Below, piece after piece: positions 28,084 to 35,915 of a stretch of 56,220 nucleotides of DNA. The translations under genes were made by a program, and so were the position numbers. Origin of the DNA: a virus. Lineage: Duplodnaviria; Caudoviricetes. Each line of letters begins with the position of its first letter. Within the stretch, counting starts at the first letter, position 1. The stretch spans positions 1-56,220 of IMG/VR virus record IMGVR_UViG_3300048565_000110; one strand, 5' to 3'. A model generated the notes under the pieces. That model was not told the origin of the DNA. It saw only the letters and a list, made by a program, of their open reading frames with translations, and did not search any database.

Positions 28084-29530
28084 CGCTGTTCCCGCTCCCC
28101 TCGCCTGCGGCACCCGACCCGCCGAGGCGCTTCCTGACCCTGTCGAAGAGCTCGCTCACCATCCGGTCGGACACCGCGTCCTCGGCCGGCATGACGGAGC
28201 GCGCATACTCGTTCTGACGGACCTCCTCCTCGAAGTCGAACCCGAGCTCGGACTGGATGCTGGGCAGGCTGACGCCGAGAGCGCTGAGCCCTGTTGCCGC
28301 CTCCACGGTCTCCTTCCAGTTCTCCTCGTTGCGCTCCGTCCACTTGATCGCGAACGGGTAATCGTCCGGGGCGTAGCCCCAGAGCAACAGCTGCGTGCGG
28401 ACCAGGTTGCGGATGGGGCGGTGCGCCATCGTGTTGACCCGCGTGAGAAACCGGTTGTAACCCTTGTCCTGCCGGTCGAGGGTGGCCCGATTGATGTCCT
28501 TCCCACCGGCGGCCTGGAGCCCCTTGGGCTTGCGCAGATCGTTCGTCAGCTGCGATCTGCGGTACTCGAGATCCGAGACGTTGGACAGCTGCGGGTTCAT
28601 CGGATCGAGCAGCACCGCCGCTGCGTTCGAGTAGAGGTCCGAGTCGACGCCGATGCCGTTCTGCCGTTTCACCTTGTCCGCCTCCCGCTGCATCTCCTTC
28701 AGCTCCTGCGGCGAGGCACCCTGGACCACCACGTTGGTCCTGGAGTAGGCCCGCGTCTTCCGGGCCCCGTATAGGTCCTCCTCGTTCTCGTGGAGCATCT
28801 TCCACTGCAGTCTGGAGGAGGTGAGGAGCGGCCGGCGCCGGCGGCGCATGAGGCCGAAGACCTGGAAGTCGTGGAGTTCGCGCAGCCGCTCGCCGGTGTC
28901 CACGTCGAAGAGCCCCCAGGCCACGCGCACGCGTGTTTCCGGATCGATGAGGGGCCGCATCATGCACCCCTCGTCGATGCCAGGGATTGGTTCGAGACGC
29001 AGCGCCTCACCCTTCTCGAGGTCCCAGATCACCTCATCGAAGTGGTCACCCTGGCACAGGGCCATAGCGAAGGACTCGGCCAGGCGTTCGAACAACCCGA
29101 TCTGCTCGAGCTTGTCCTCGATGCGTTGGTAGACCTCGGAGACCGCGCGCGCCTCCGCACTCGCCGATCGCAGGCCGGTCTGCTTGTCGATGACGAAGGG
29201 CTCGCGGATCTGCCGCTTGGGGACCAGCCGGAACGGGTAGCCCTCATTGTCAGAGGTGGCCGCATCCTCGCCGATGCCGTCGATCCCGGAGGACACGTCG
29301 CCGTCGTTGGAGTACATCTCCCAGCAGTCGCGCTTGGCCGAGATGAGGTCCATCTGGATCTGCGGCGTGCGCCACTGCCGCGTGCCCTGGTAGTCGTAGT
29401 CCGGAACCTCCTGCGTCGTCGTGGCCGGCGGCTGAGGTCGGCTCATCTCTACGACCTTGCGTGCGATCGGGTTGACGAGCACACGCTCGAGCAGACGGGT
29501 CGGGTAGGAGAAGGGTTGCCACAAGCTCAT
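28070..29530 (-). CDS. Portal protein
   Basis: Directly after terL; 486 aa; EMYSNDGDVSSGIDGIGEDA resembles T4 gp20-like portals. Confidence 0.8.
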   Translation of the reverse strand: MSLWQPFSYPTRLLERVLVNPIARKVVEMSRPQPPATTTQEVPDYDYQGTRQWRTPQIQMDLISAKRDCWEMYSNDGDVSSGIDGIGEDAATSDNEGYPFRLVPKRQIREPFVIDKQTGLRSASAEARAVSEVYQRIEDKLEQIGLFERLAESFAMALCQGDHFDEVIWDLEKGEALRLEPIPGIDEGCMMRPLIDPETRVRVAWGLFDVDTGERLRELHDFQVFGLMRRRRRPLLTSSRLQWKMLHENEEDLYGARKTRAYSRTNVVVQGASPQELKEMQREADKVKRQNGIGVDSDLYSNAAAVLLDPMNPQLSNVSDLEYRRSQLTNDLRKPKGLQAAGGKDINRATLDRQDKGYNRFLTRVNTMAHRPIRNLVRTQLLLWGYAPDDYPFAIKWTERNEENWKETVEAATGLSALGVSLPSIQSELGFDFEEEVRQNEYARSVMPAEDAVSDRMVSELFDRVRKRLGGSGAAGEGSGNSVATR

Positions 29531-31227
29531 GTCGAACTCCGTTGCCGCCGTAGGTCTTCGAGCGTAGGGCCGCGCCGCGGGCGGATCCGCTCCATCGCCG
29601 CCTCGCGTTTCGATTCACCGGCCACGAAGGCCGGCGTAGCAGCGAGCCCCCTGTCGAGGAGTTCGGCTGCCACGAAGTCGTAGAGGTCTGCGTGCCGGTA
29701 GTCGTCCGGGTCGGTCCCCTTCCGCCACCGGAACCGCTTGCCCTTCGGGGTGTCTTCCTCGACGCGCACCGCGGAACGCATCTCGGCGTAGAAGTGAGGG
29801 AGCTTGTCCGCGTTCGAGGGCAGGTTATTCCGCTCCAGGACGAGCTCGGCGTGGGACCGGTCGAAGGCCTGGGTGCGTTCGATCTTCACCCAGCGGTCCC
29901 CCTTGTCGGGGATGAGCCAGTCGGAGCTGGGGGCGAGCTCGGGGTAGTTGGCGAGCCAGAGGAAGGCGTGCCTCGCCCGGGCCTCCTTCGCCTTGGTCGG
30001 ATCGTAGCTGCCGTCCATGACCACGAAGCGCAGCCCGACGAAGCGCTCGAACAGACCATCCAGATCGTTCCATGTGGTGCGCCCAATCCAGACGGCCTGT
30101 CTGGTGCGGCGGCCCTCCCGTTGCAGGATCCTGGAGATCCGTCCGACCAGGTAGTCGCCCTGAACGTCGAAGCCACCGGTCAGGATGTCGCTGCGGTCGA
30201 GCAGCTTGGCCGGCATCATGTACCGCCGCTTGCAGCGGTTCAGAAGATCGTCCGTCAACCCGGACGCCTCGGGGGTGTAGGCCTTGCCCAGGTCACCGTT
30301 GTAAACGCCGGCGATGATGGTCTGGTCGCCACTTGCCATCGCACCCGAGAACTTCAACCAGATCTCGCGCACCGAGGCGGTCCGCGTCATGAGGCGGTGG
30401 ATGTGGTAACCGTGCGTCGTTCGGTTCGGGAACTTGGCCACCCAGCGCCCAGCCCCAAGCCTGTCGATCGGGCGCGCGCAGCTGGTGCAGAAGACGAAGG
30501 GATCGCGCGGTTCGCCTTCGTTCCATGCGGTGTCCAGAAGTCGCCAGTCATGCTCGCTCGCCTGCACCACCACGTCCCGGAACCAGTCGATGTCCTGGAT
30601 GTTCTTGCAGTGGTCGCAGCGGACCATCCATGCCCGCTGATCCGACTGACCGTAGCTGCGGTCGATGCCCCACCCCACGTTGGTGGGTACGCAGATCTCG
30701 CGCCAGAGCTTCGCGCTGGAGGCGTTCAGTCGCTTCTCGATGTCCGGGATCCAGTCCGGATCGAACCGATCGAACTCGTCGAGGTAGACGGCGTCGGCCG
30801 GCGTCGAATGCCTATTGTTCTCCGAGCCGGCGCCGCGGTAGTAGGCGAAGTGCTGACCGATGCGCTTCACGTGCACGCTCTGGGTCTTGGCGTCCTTCCC
30901 CTCGTCCGGGTCGTAGACGCGATCGCGCAGGTACGGGTCAGCCAGGATCATCGGATTCACCTTCTCCTTGACCATGAGCCGCGCCGGCCCGTCGCTCGGG
31001 AAGTAGTAGATGACGTCCAGGCCTCGCCGGTCCGGCAGGTAGAGGCTTTCAGCTGCGCCGATGAGAGTCCCGCCGCTCTGCGCCGACTTGGCGACGACGA
31101 CTTTCTGGGAGCGATCCAGGCTCTCGTAGATGGCCGGCTGGAAGGGATAGTCCTTGAAGCTGATCGGCTCCACGCCCTTGATCCGCACATGCTCAAGGCT
31201 CCAGCTCAGCAGGGAGACGGTCTCCAT
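29527..31227 (-). CDS. terL: Terminase large subunit (lambda GpA-like family)
   Basis: PFQ, KSAQSGGT Walker A variant, AVYLDEFDRF Walker B, SDQRAW...CDHC / CTSC Zn motif, C-terminal DDYRHA nuclease motif. Confidence 0.92.
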   Translation of the reverse strand: METVSLLSWSLEHVRIKGVEPISFKDYPFQPAIYESLDRSQKVVVAKSAQSGGTLIGAAESLYLPDRRGLDVIYYFPSDGPARLMVKEKVNPMILADPYLRDRVYDPDEGKDAKTQSVHVKRIGQHFAYYRGAGSENNRHSTPADAVYLDEFDRFDPDWIPDIEKRLNASSAKLWREICVPTNVGWGIDRSYGQSDQRAWMVRCDHCKNIQDIDWFRDVVVQASEHDWRLLDTAWNEGEPRDPFVFCTSCARPIDRLGAGRWVAKFPNRTTHGYHIHRLMTRTASVREIWLKFSGAMASGDQTIIAGVYNGDLGKAYTPEASGLTDDLLNRCKRRYMMPAKLLDRSDILTGGFDVQGDYLVGRISRILQREGRRTRQAVWIGRTTWNDLDGLFERFVGLRFVVMDGSYDPTKAKEARARHAFLWLANYPELAPSSDWLIPDKGDRWVKIERTQAFDRSHAELVLERNNLPSNADKLPHFYAEMRSAVRVEEDTPKGKRFRWRKGTDPDDYRHADLYDFVAAELLDRGLAATPAFVAGESKREAAMERIRPRRGPTLEDLRRQRSST

Positions 31228-31681
31228 ACTTGTCCTCGAGCGCCTTTCTGTAGCGACGCATGAACAGGTCCGGCCGATCGGTGAGCTTGGCCAGCTCCTC
31301 GATCGTCAGGTTCGAGCCATCATCGGTACTCGCCTTGTGCTCTACGACCTGCTTCCCGAAGGAGTGCCGGAACCGAGCCTCGAGGCGCCAGGCGGCAGCC
31401 CGCCAGTCCGTCTGGGCGGCGAGGCCGATGTGCGCCAGGTCGGTGACGGCCGCCTTCCCGACTGCGACCTGCACCTCCTGAAAGAAGCGCACATACCGGT
31501 CGCCCTTGCCCTCACGCCCTTTCTTCAGCCAGAGGTACAGCGTCCTCTCCGAGACCCCGGCGTAGAGGGCCGCGACCTCGAAGGTCCCCTGCACGGAGAG
31601 GGCGGTCAGCACGCGTTGCCTCACATTCTCAGTGAGCTTCGTGCGCCGCCCATGGCCGTTCAGAGCCTGCAGGTCATTCAT
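31193..31681 (-). CDS. Terminase small subunit-like HTH protein (copy adjacent to terL)
   Basis: GRRTKLT, AALYAGVSERTLYLWLKKG HTH and DWRAAAWRLEAR; overlaps the terL start. Confidence 0.78.
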   Translation of the reverse strand: MNDLQALNGHGRRTKLTENVRQRVLTALSVQGTFEVAALYAGVSERTLYLWLKKGREGKGDRYVRFFQEVQVAVGKAAVTDLAHIGLAAQTDWRAAAWRLEARFRHSFGKQVVEHKASTDDGSNLTIEELAKLTDRPDLFMRRYRKALEDKYGDRLPAELEP

Positions 31682-32336
31682 GCCGGCTCTCCAGGAAGTG
31701 CTTGGCGAGGTTGACCAGGCCGCGCGCCTTGCGGTCACGACCGGCGGTGCCATCGGAGGCCAGCTCGACCGCCTGCTCGATCACTGTCTCCTGCTCCGGA
31801 CTGACGATGAACGTCATCACCCGGGGCAGGACCTTCTCGGCCTCTTCGGCCTCGGCATCCAACAGCGCAGCGATCTCCTCAGCGGGGAACTCCAGGAGCG
31901 CGTGCAGCTCCTCGAGCTGCTTGTCGGTCTCGGGCAGGAGGCCGGCCAGGTCCTCGAGGCTCATGTCGCCGAGGAGCTCGTGGATGAGCTGGGCGCGACG
32001 GATGGGGAGATCCTGGCCCTGGAGCCGGTTCAAGGTGGCGAGCAGCAGCTTCGCCTCCCGGTCGTCTACATCCCACACGTCGCAACGCGCTTCGGTGTGG
32101 CTTAGATCCCGCAGGATCGCCACCCGGTGGTGGCCGTCCAGCACCTGGAACTTGCCCGGCTCCTCCGGATGCGGGCGGACCACGAGGTAGGGATACCGGC
32201 CGGTGCGCCCGATGTGGACCTTGAGCTTCTCGCGCAGATCCTCGGGCATGGCATTGCTGTTGAGCGGGTGCGAGACCAAGTCGTCGATCGGGACCATGCG
32301 GGCGCCGGTGTGCTTGGAGACTCTCGTGTCAGCCAT
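31674..32336 (-). CDS. ParB/Srx-like N-terminal domain protein
   Basis: VPIDDLVSHPLNSN, LVVRP and VLDGHHR motifs. Confidence 0.85.
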   Translation of the reverse strand: MADTRVSKHTGARMVPIDDLVSHPLNSNAMPEDLREKLKVHIGRTGRYPYLVVRPHPEEPGKFQVLDGHHRVAILRDLSHTEARCDVWDVDDREAKLLLATLNRLQGQDLPIRRAQLIHELLGDMSLEDLAGLLPETDKQLEELHALLEFPAEEIAALLDAEAEEAEKVLPRVMTFIVSPEQETVIEQAVELASDGTAGRDRKARGLVNLAKHFLESRHE

Positions 32337-33501
32337 GGACAGCTACCCCTTCCCGAGACGCCGCTTTCCGCCGCTTCACCGCTTGTTTGCTGACTGCATT
32401 GGTCACGTGACGATGTGCGCCCGTAGCGGCAATGCGCTCCACAGCGCTCTCGTCCCAGCCGACGACCAGGAACTCCTTGTTCGTCGCGTTCTTCTCCGCA
32501 GTCGCGACCGCCGGCAGATGCTGGTACGCGATCTCGATCGCTCTGGTCTGCCGGCCGAGCCGGGTCATCTTGGCCTCGAGCTCCTCGATCCCGACCACGG
32601 CGTTCCCGAGGGAGAGGAGCCACACCGGGACGTGGGTGGAGGCCTCGAAGAGCGAGTCCAGCATCGACGCCCCATCCTTCGCGGTGAACGGGCTGGTCGG
32701 GCGCGATGCCCCCTCGAGGATCTCGTCGATGACGCGGTACTCCTTCTCGTAGCTCATCACTCCGGGGTACGGTGGATCGAAGTAGGCGACCGCCGGGGCG
32801 ATGGTGGGGAGGGCCTCGAACACGTTCTGCTGCAGGACCTTTCCCTCGCCCTGGAACACTCCTGCGTTTATCCCCTGGGCCAGCCCCCACAGCTTGTCGG
32901 GCCGGATGAGTCGCAGCCCGTCCACGTAGTGATAGACGCAGCTCTCGGTGATGGCCTCGTACTCGCCAGTGGATAGCCGGTGGATGGTCCCTGACCGCAC
33001 CTGGGACATCGGGTGTGCGAGCAGCGCCACCTTGATGGCCATGAGCCGGATCAGAGCCGCCTTCGCGGTGTCTGGAGTCTCCGCGGCGATCCGAAGCGCC
33101 CGATCCAGGAACCGCGCCTGAACCTCGGTGAACGTGGACGGCGAGTACTCCGTCTCGACCCGACCTGGTGCCGCGCCGTCGTCCTTGGCCAGCCGCAGCA
33201 CGTCCTCGTGCGTGAGACGGACGCGGCTGTTCTCGATCAAGGCCTGACCGATCACGATGGACCGCGCGGCGATGTCTGTGGAGATGACGCGGAAGCCCTG
33301 GATCTTCGCGTAGAGACTGACCGATCCCCCGCCCAGGAACCCATCCAGGAAGGCCAGCCCAGGCCAGTGGCGCCTTGGCAGGATCCGGTCCACTTCGCGG
33401 AAGATCGTCGGACAAAGGCGGCGCTTTCCGCCCAGGTACGGCGGCAGGGCGGCCCACAGGGTCAGCTTGCGGTGGTGAGGAGTTGTTCGAGTTGAGCGCA
33501 T
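32329..33501 (-). CDS. DNA adenine methyltransferase (D12/Dam-like class)
   Basis: PYLGGKRRL, FLDGFLGGGSVS and catalytic YFDPPY. Confidence 0.88.
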   Translation of the reverse strand: MRSTRTTPHHRKLTLWAALPPYLGGKRRLCPTIFREVDRILPRRHWPGLAFLDGFLGGGSVSLYAKIQGFRVISTDIAARSIVIGQALIENSRVRLTHEDVLRLAKDDGAAPGRVETEYSPSTFTEVQARFLDRALRIAAETPDTAKAALIRLMAIKVALLAHPMSQVRSGTIHRLSTGEYEAITESCVYHYVDGLRLIRPDKLWGLAQGINAGVFQGEGKVLQQNVFEALPTIAPAVAYFDPPYPGVMSYEKEYRVIDEILEGASRPTSPFTAKDGASMLDSLFEASTHVPVWLLSLGNAVVGIEELEAKMTRLGRQTRAIEIAYQHLPAVATAEKNATNKEFLVVGWDESAVERIAATGAHRHVTNAVSKQAVKRRKAASREGVAVHG

Positions 33502-33585
33502 TATTCGCTGGACTCCGCCGCGCAACAGCGGACTCCTTGTGATGTGCCGAGCATGAAGCCCGGCCGACACCAGGAGGTAGAGACC

Positions 33586-34131
33586 ATGAGCAAGAAGCGG
33601 ATCGACGAGACCATGACGGCGGCCCGACAGGCACGGGAGAAGAAGGCGCGGGAGAAGGCGGAGACGGAGGCCACCGTCGAGCTGCTCGTGACGAAGGACG
33701 GCATCGAGAAGATCGAGCCCGAGACGCCGGACGCCCGGCCAACCGTCGCGGAATGGATGGCGGCCGAAGACGGCGCGCAGGCGCAGAGCGCGGACGAGGT
33801 TCCGACCGAGGCCGTCACCCGCACGGAGCAGCGCGAACGGGCCGCCGCGGAGAAGGCCAGCACGACGAACATCGACCGCGCGATCGCCCGCGAGGCCAAG
33901 CGGGTTGCGAAGGCCCAGGCAAAGGCCGAGAAAAAGGCCGCCCGCGACGCACTGAAGACGGAGAAGGGCGACCTGATGACATTCGCCTTCCGCCTCACCC
34001 AGGACGAGCGCGACGCGATCCACAAGGCCGCCGGTCCGGGGAAGGCCTCGAAGTTCGTCCGGCAGGTCGCCATCGCCGCCGCCCGCGGCGACGTGGACGC
34101 GGTGCAGCGCCTCATCGACGCGCGGGCGTAG
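33586..34131 (+). CDS. Hypothetical protein with C-terminal ribbon-helix-helix-like domain
   Basis: AGGAGG RBS; TFAFRLTQDERDAIHKAA..ASKFVRQ; only evident plus-strand gene in the late region. Confidence 0.7.
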   Translation: MSKKRIDETMTAARQAREKKAREKAETEATVELLVTKDGIEKIEPETPDARPTVAEWMAAEDGAQAQSADEVPTEAVTRTEQRERAAAEKASTTNIDRAIAREAKRVAKAQAKAEKKAARDALKTEKGDLMTFAFRLTQDERDAIHKAAGPGKASKFVRQVAIAAARGDVDAVQRLIDARA

Positions 34132-34201
34132 CGCACTGCCGCCCACGCCGACGACTCGTGGCTACGGTCGCGAGTCGTTCGGCGTTGTGTGCTGGGCGCT
34201 C

Positions 34202-34759
34202 TCATGGCTCCAGCTCCGCCGGCACGCGATCGCCGTACTTCTTCTCGATGAGGGCGCGATACCTACGGCGAAAGGCCTCCGGGTCGTCTGCCAGCTGTGC
34301 CAGCTCCTCCACGGTCAGAACGGGACCCGTGTCCACCGACCCCGTGTGCTCGATCACGCGACGACCGTAGTCCTGACGGTACCGGGCCTCGAGACGCCAA
34401 GCCGCGGCGCGCCAGTCCTTTCGGTCGGCTGCGTTCGAGATCGACTCGAGGTCCTTGACGGCTCGTTTCCCAAGGGCCTTCTGAGCTTTCTCGTAAAAGT
34501 CGTGGTAGGGCCCACTTGCGGACTCGCGGCCCTTCTTCATCCACAGGAAGATCGTGGCGGGGTGCACACCGATGTAGGAGGCGGCGATCTCGACGGTGGC
34601 CTGGTGCCTGAAGGCGAAGAGGATCGCGCGCTCGGCGGCTTGCGTGAGGAGGGTTCGTCTGCCCATGTGAGCAGGCTTTGCGGCGGTGCCACGCTTTACG
34701 AGCTTGGCAGCCTTCTTCGCCGTCTTCTTCTTCGTCTTCCTCACCACCACATTCACCAC
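34202..34759 (-). CDS. Second terminase small subunit-like HTH protein (paralogue of 31193-31681)
   Basis: GRRTLLT, AASYIGVHPATIFLWMKKGRE, DWRAAAWRLEAR and C-terminal KYGDRVPAELEP; Lys-rich N-terminus. Confidence 0.78.
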   Translation of the reverse strand: MVNVVVRKTKKKTAKKAAKLVKRGTAAKPAHMGRRTLLTQAAERAILFAFRHQATVEIAASYIGVHPATIFLWMKKGRESASGPYHDFYEKAQKALGKRAVKDLESISNAADRKDWRAAAWRLEARYRQDYGRRVIEHTGSVDTGPVLTVEELAQLADDPEAFRRRYRALIEKKYGDRVPAELEP

Positions 34760-34840
34760 CCAGAGAAGAGAGAGCCGGCGCCGTTCCCATCAACACCCCA
34801 CACAACCCGGGCGCCGGCTCCGACCGACATCAGCCCCATG

Positions 34841-34876
34841 AAAAAAGGGAGGGCCTGCCATCCAGGACCCTCCCCC
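34841..34876 (-). terminator. Rho-independent terminator at the early/late boundary
   Basis: GGGAGGGTCCTG-gatgg-CAGGCCCTCCC followed by TTTTTT on the minus strand. Confidence 0.8.
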
Positions 34877-34988
34877 TAGCGATGACGTCAACCGGTCCGA
34901 ACACTGCACGCCGGGGAAGGCTCTAGCGTGCGGACCGATCTCCGTTACCGCTTCGTGGCGCAGTTTCGGTGCGAGGCGGCGCCGCGGT

Positions 34989-35267
34989 CTAGGACAAAGT
35001 TCTAAGAGATTTGTCCAAGCTCCGATCGTCGTGGTGAACGCCGGCGAGGATGCGCGCAAGCTGGCGGCGCGAGAGGGGGTAGCGCTGCTCCAGCTCCGTG
35101 AGGGCTGCGCTGCGCGTGAAGCCGCGTCTCTTCATGAGGAGGTAGCAGGCACGGATGTCGCTGTCGCGGCGCGCCTGGTCCTCCTTCGGGATGTAGACCG
35201 TCTGCCCGCCGAGAGTCGTCACGAGCTTGCGGTAGAGGTCCTCGCCAAGGATCGCTCGGAGGTTCAA
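34989..35267 (-). CDS. Mor/C-family transcription activator (late gene regulator)
   Basis: LGEDLYRKLVTTLGGQTVYIPK...RDSDI...LEQRYPLSRRQLARIL; sits before the packaging genes. Confidence 0.85.
   Translation of the reverse strand: MNLRAILGEDLYRKLVTTLGGQTVYIPKEDQARRDSDIRACYLLMKRRGFTRSAALTELEQRYPLSRRQLARILAGVHHDDRSLDKSLRTLS
34992..35016. promoter_or_regulatory. AT-rich dyad GGACAAA-N11-TTTGTCC, candidate activator binding site
   Basis: Perfect 7-bp inverted repeat at the 3' end of the Mor-like gene. Confidence 0.45.
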
Positions 35268-35650
35268 ACCTTTGCCCTCGCCTGTTCCACCCAGTCGGCG
35301 AGCCGGTTGATCGCTCCTTCCAGCCCGACCTCAAACTGAGCCATGCACTGTCCCCAGTAGGAACTCGTGCCGGCGTGCGGCGGCTTCGAAAGCACCGATT
35401 GCTGATCTGCTTCCGCGAGACTATTCAAGGCGGCGTCCAGTCCGCGGCCGATGTTCTCCAGCTCCGCGTCGTCGGGGTGGCTGACCTGGAGGCCGGTGAT
35501 GATCCCGCGCAGCCGCTTCGCCACGTCGTGGCGGCTCTGCGCCTTCCAGAGCTCGACTTCCAGGAGCTTCATCCCGGTCGTCGCCTCAACCGCTTGCGCC
35601 AATGTTCCTTCGGTTCCTTGTCCCACCGTCTCGCTCCCTTCGTACTTCAT
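35264..35650 (-). CDS. Hypothetical protein
   Basis: Overlapping start and stop with neighbours. Confidence 0.6.
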   Translation of the reverse strand: MKYEGSETVGQGTEGTLAQAVEATTGMKLLEVELWKAQSRHDVAKRLRGIITGLQVSHPDDAELENIGRGLDAALNSLAEADQQSVLSKPPHAGTSSYWGQCMAQFEVGLEGAINRLADWVEQARAKV

Positions 35651-35808
35651 TCACCGGCAACGGGGCCCGGCATCGGATCAGCCGGATCCTGACGCAGGCT
35701 GTCCGTTGGGCGATCCAACGGGACTAGCGGGGTTTCCCTCCCGCAAGAACTCACCAGCGCCGTCAGAGCCAGAAACAGGGCCGCCATCCACCTCTTGGGT
35801 CGAGTCAC
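35647..35808 (-). CDS. Small putative lipoprotein
   Basis: GTG with RBS; TRPKRWMAALFLALTALVSS-C lipobox-like sequence; alternative start at 35919. Confidence 0.5.
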   Translation of the reverse strand: MTRPKRWMAALFLALTALVSSCGRETPLVPLDRPTDSLRQDPADPMPGPVAGE

Positions 35809-35915
35809 CTTGATCCCCTCTCGGTTGACACTGCGGGCACGGGGAGAGCGCGGGTGTGTTGCCTGTGTGGTGGGTGCGCCCCCAGGCGTTCGCCTGTCCC
35901 GTGCCCGCATTTCGC

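Noticed and set aside
33502-34146. Apparent 214-aa N-terminal extension of the methyltransferase
   Set aside because: It is the antisense of the RBS-supported plus-strand gene; methylase motifs begin after the ATG at 33501
26126-34889. GCGATGACGTC present at 34879 and inverted at 26126
   Set aside because: An 11-bp match is plausible by chance at this length and GC content, and one copy is inside a coding region
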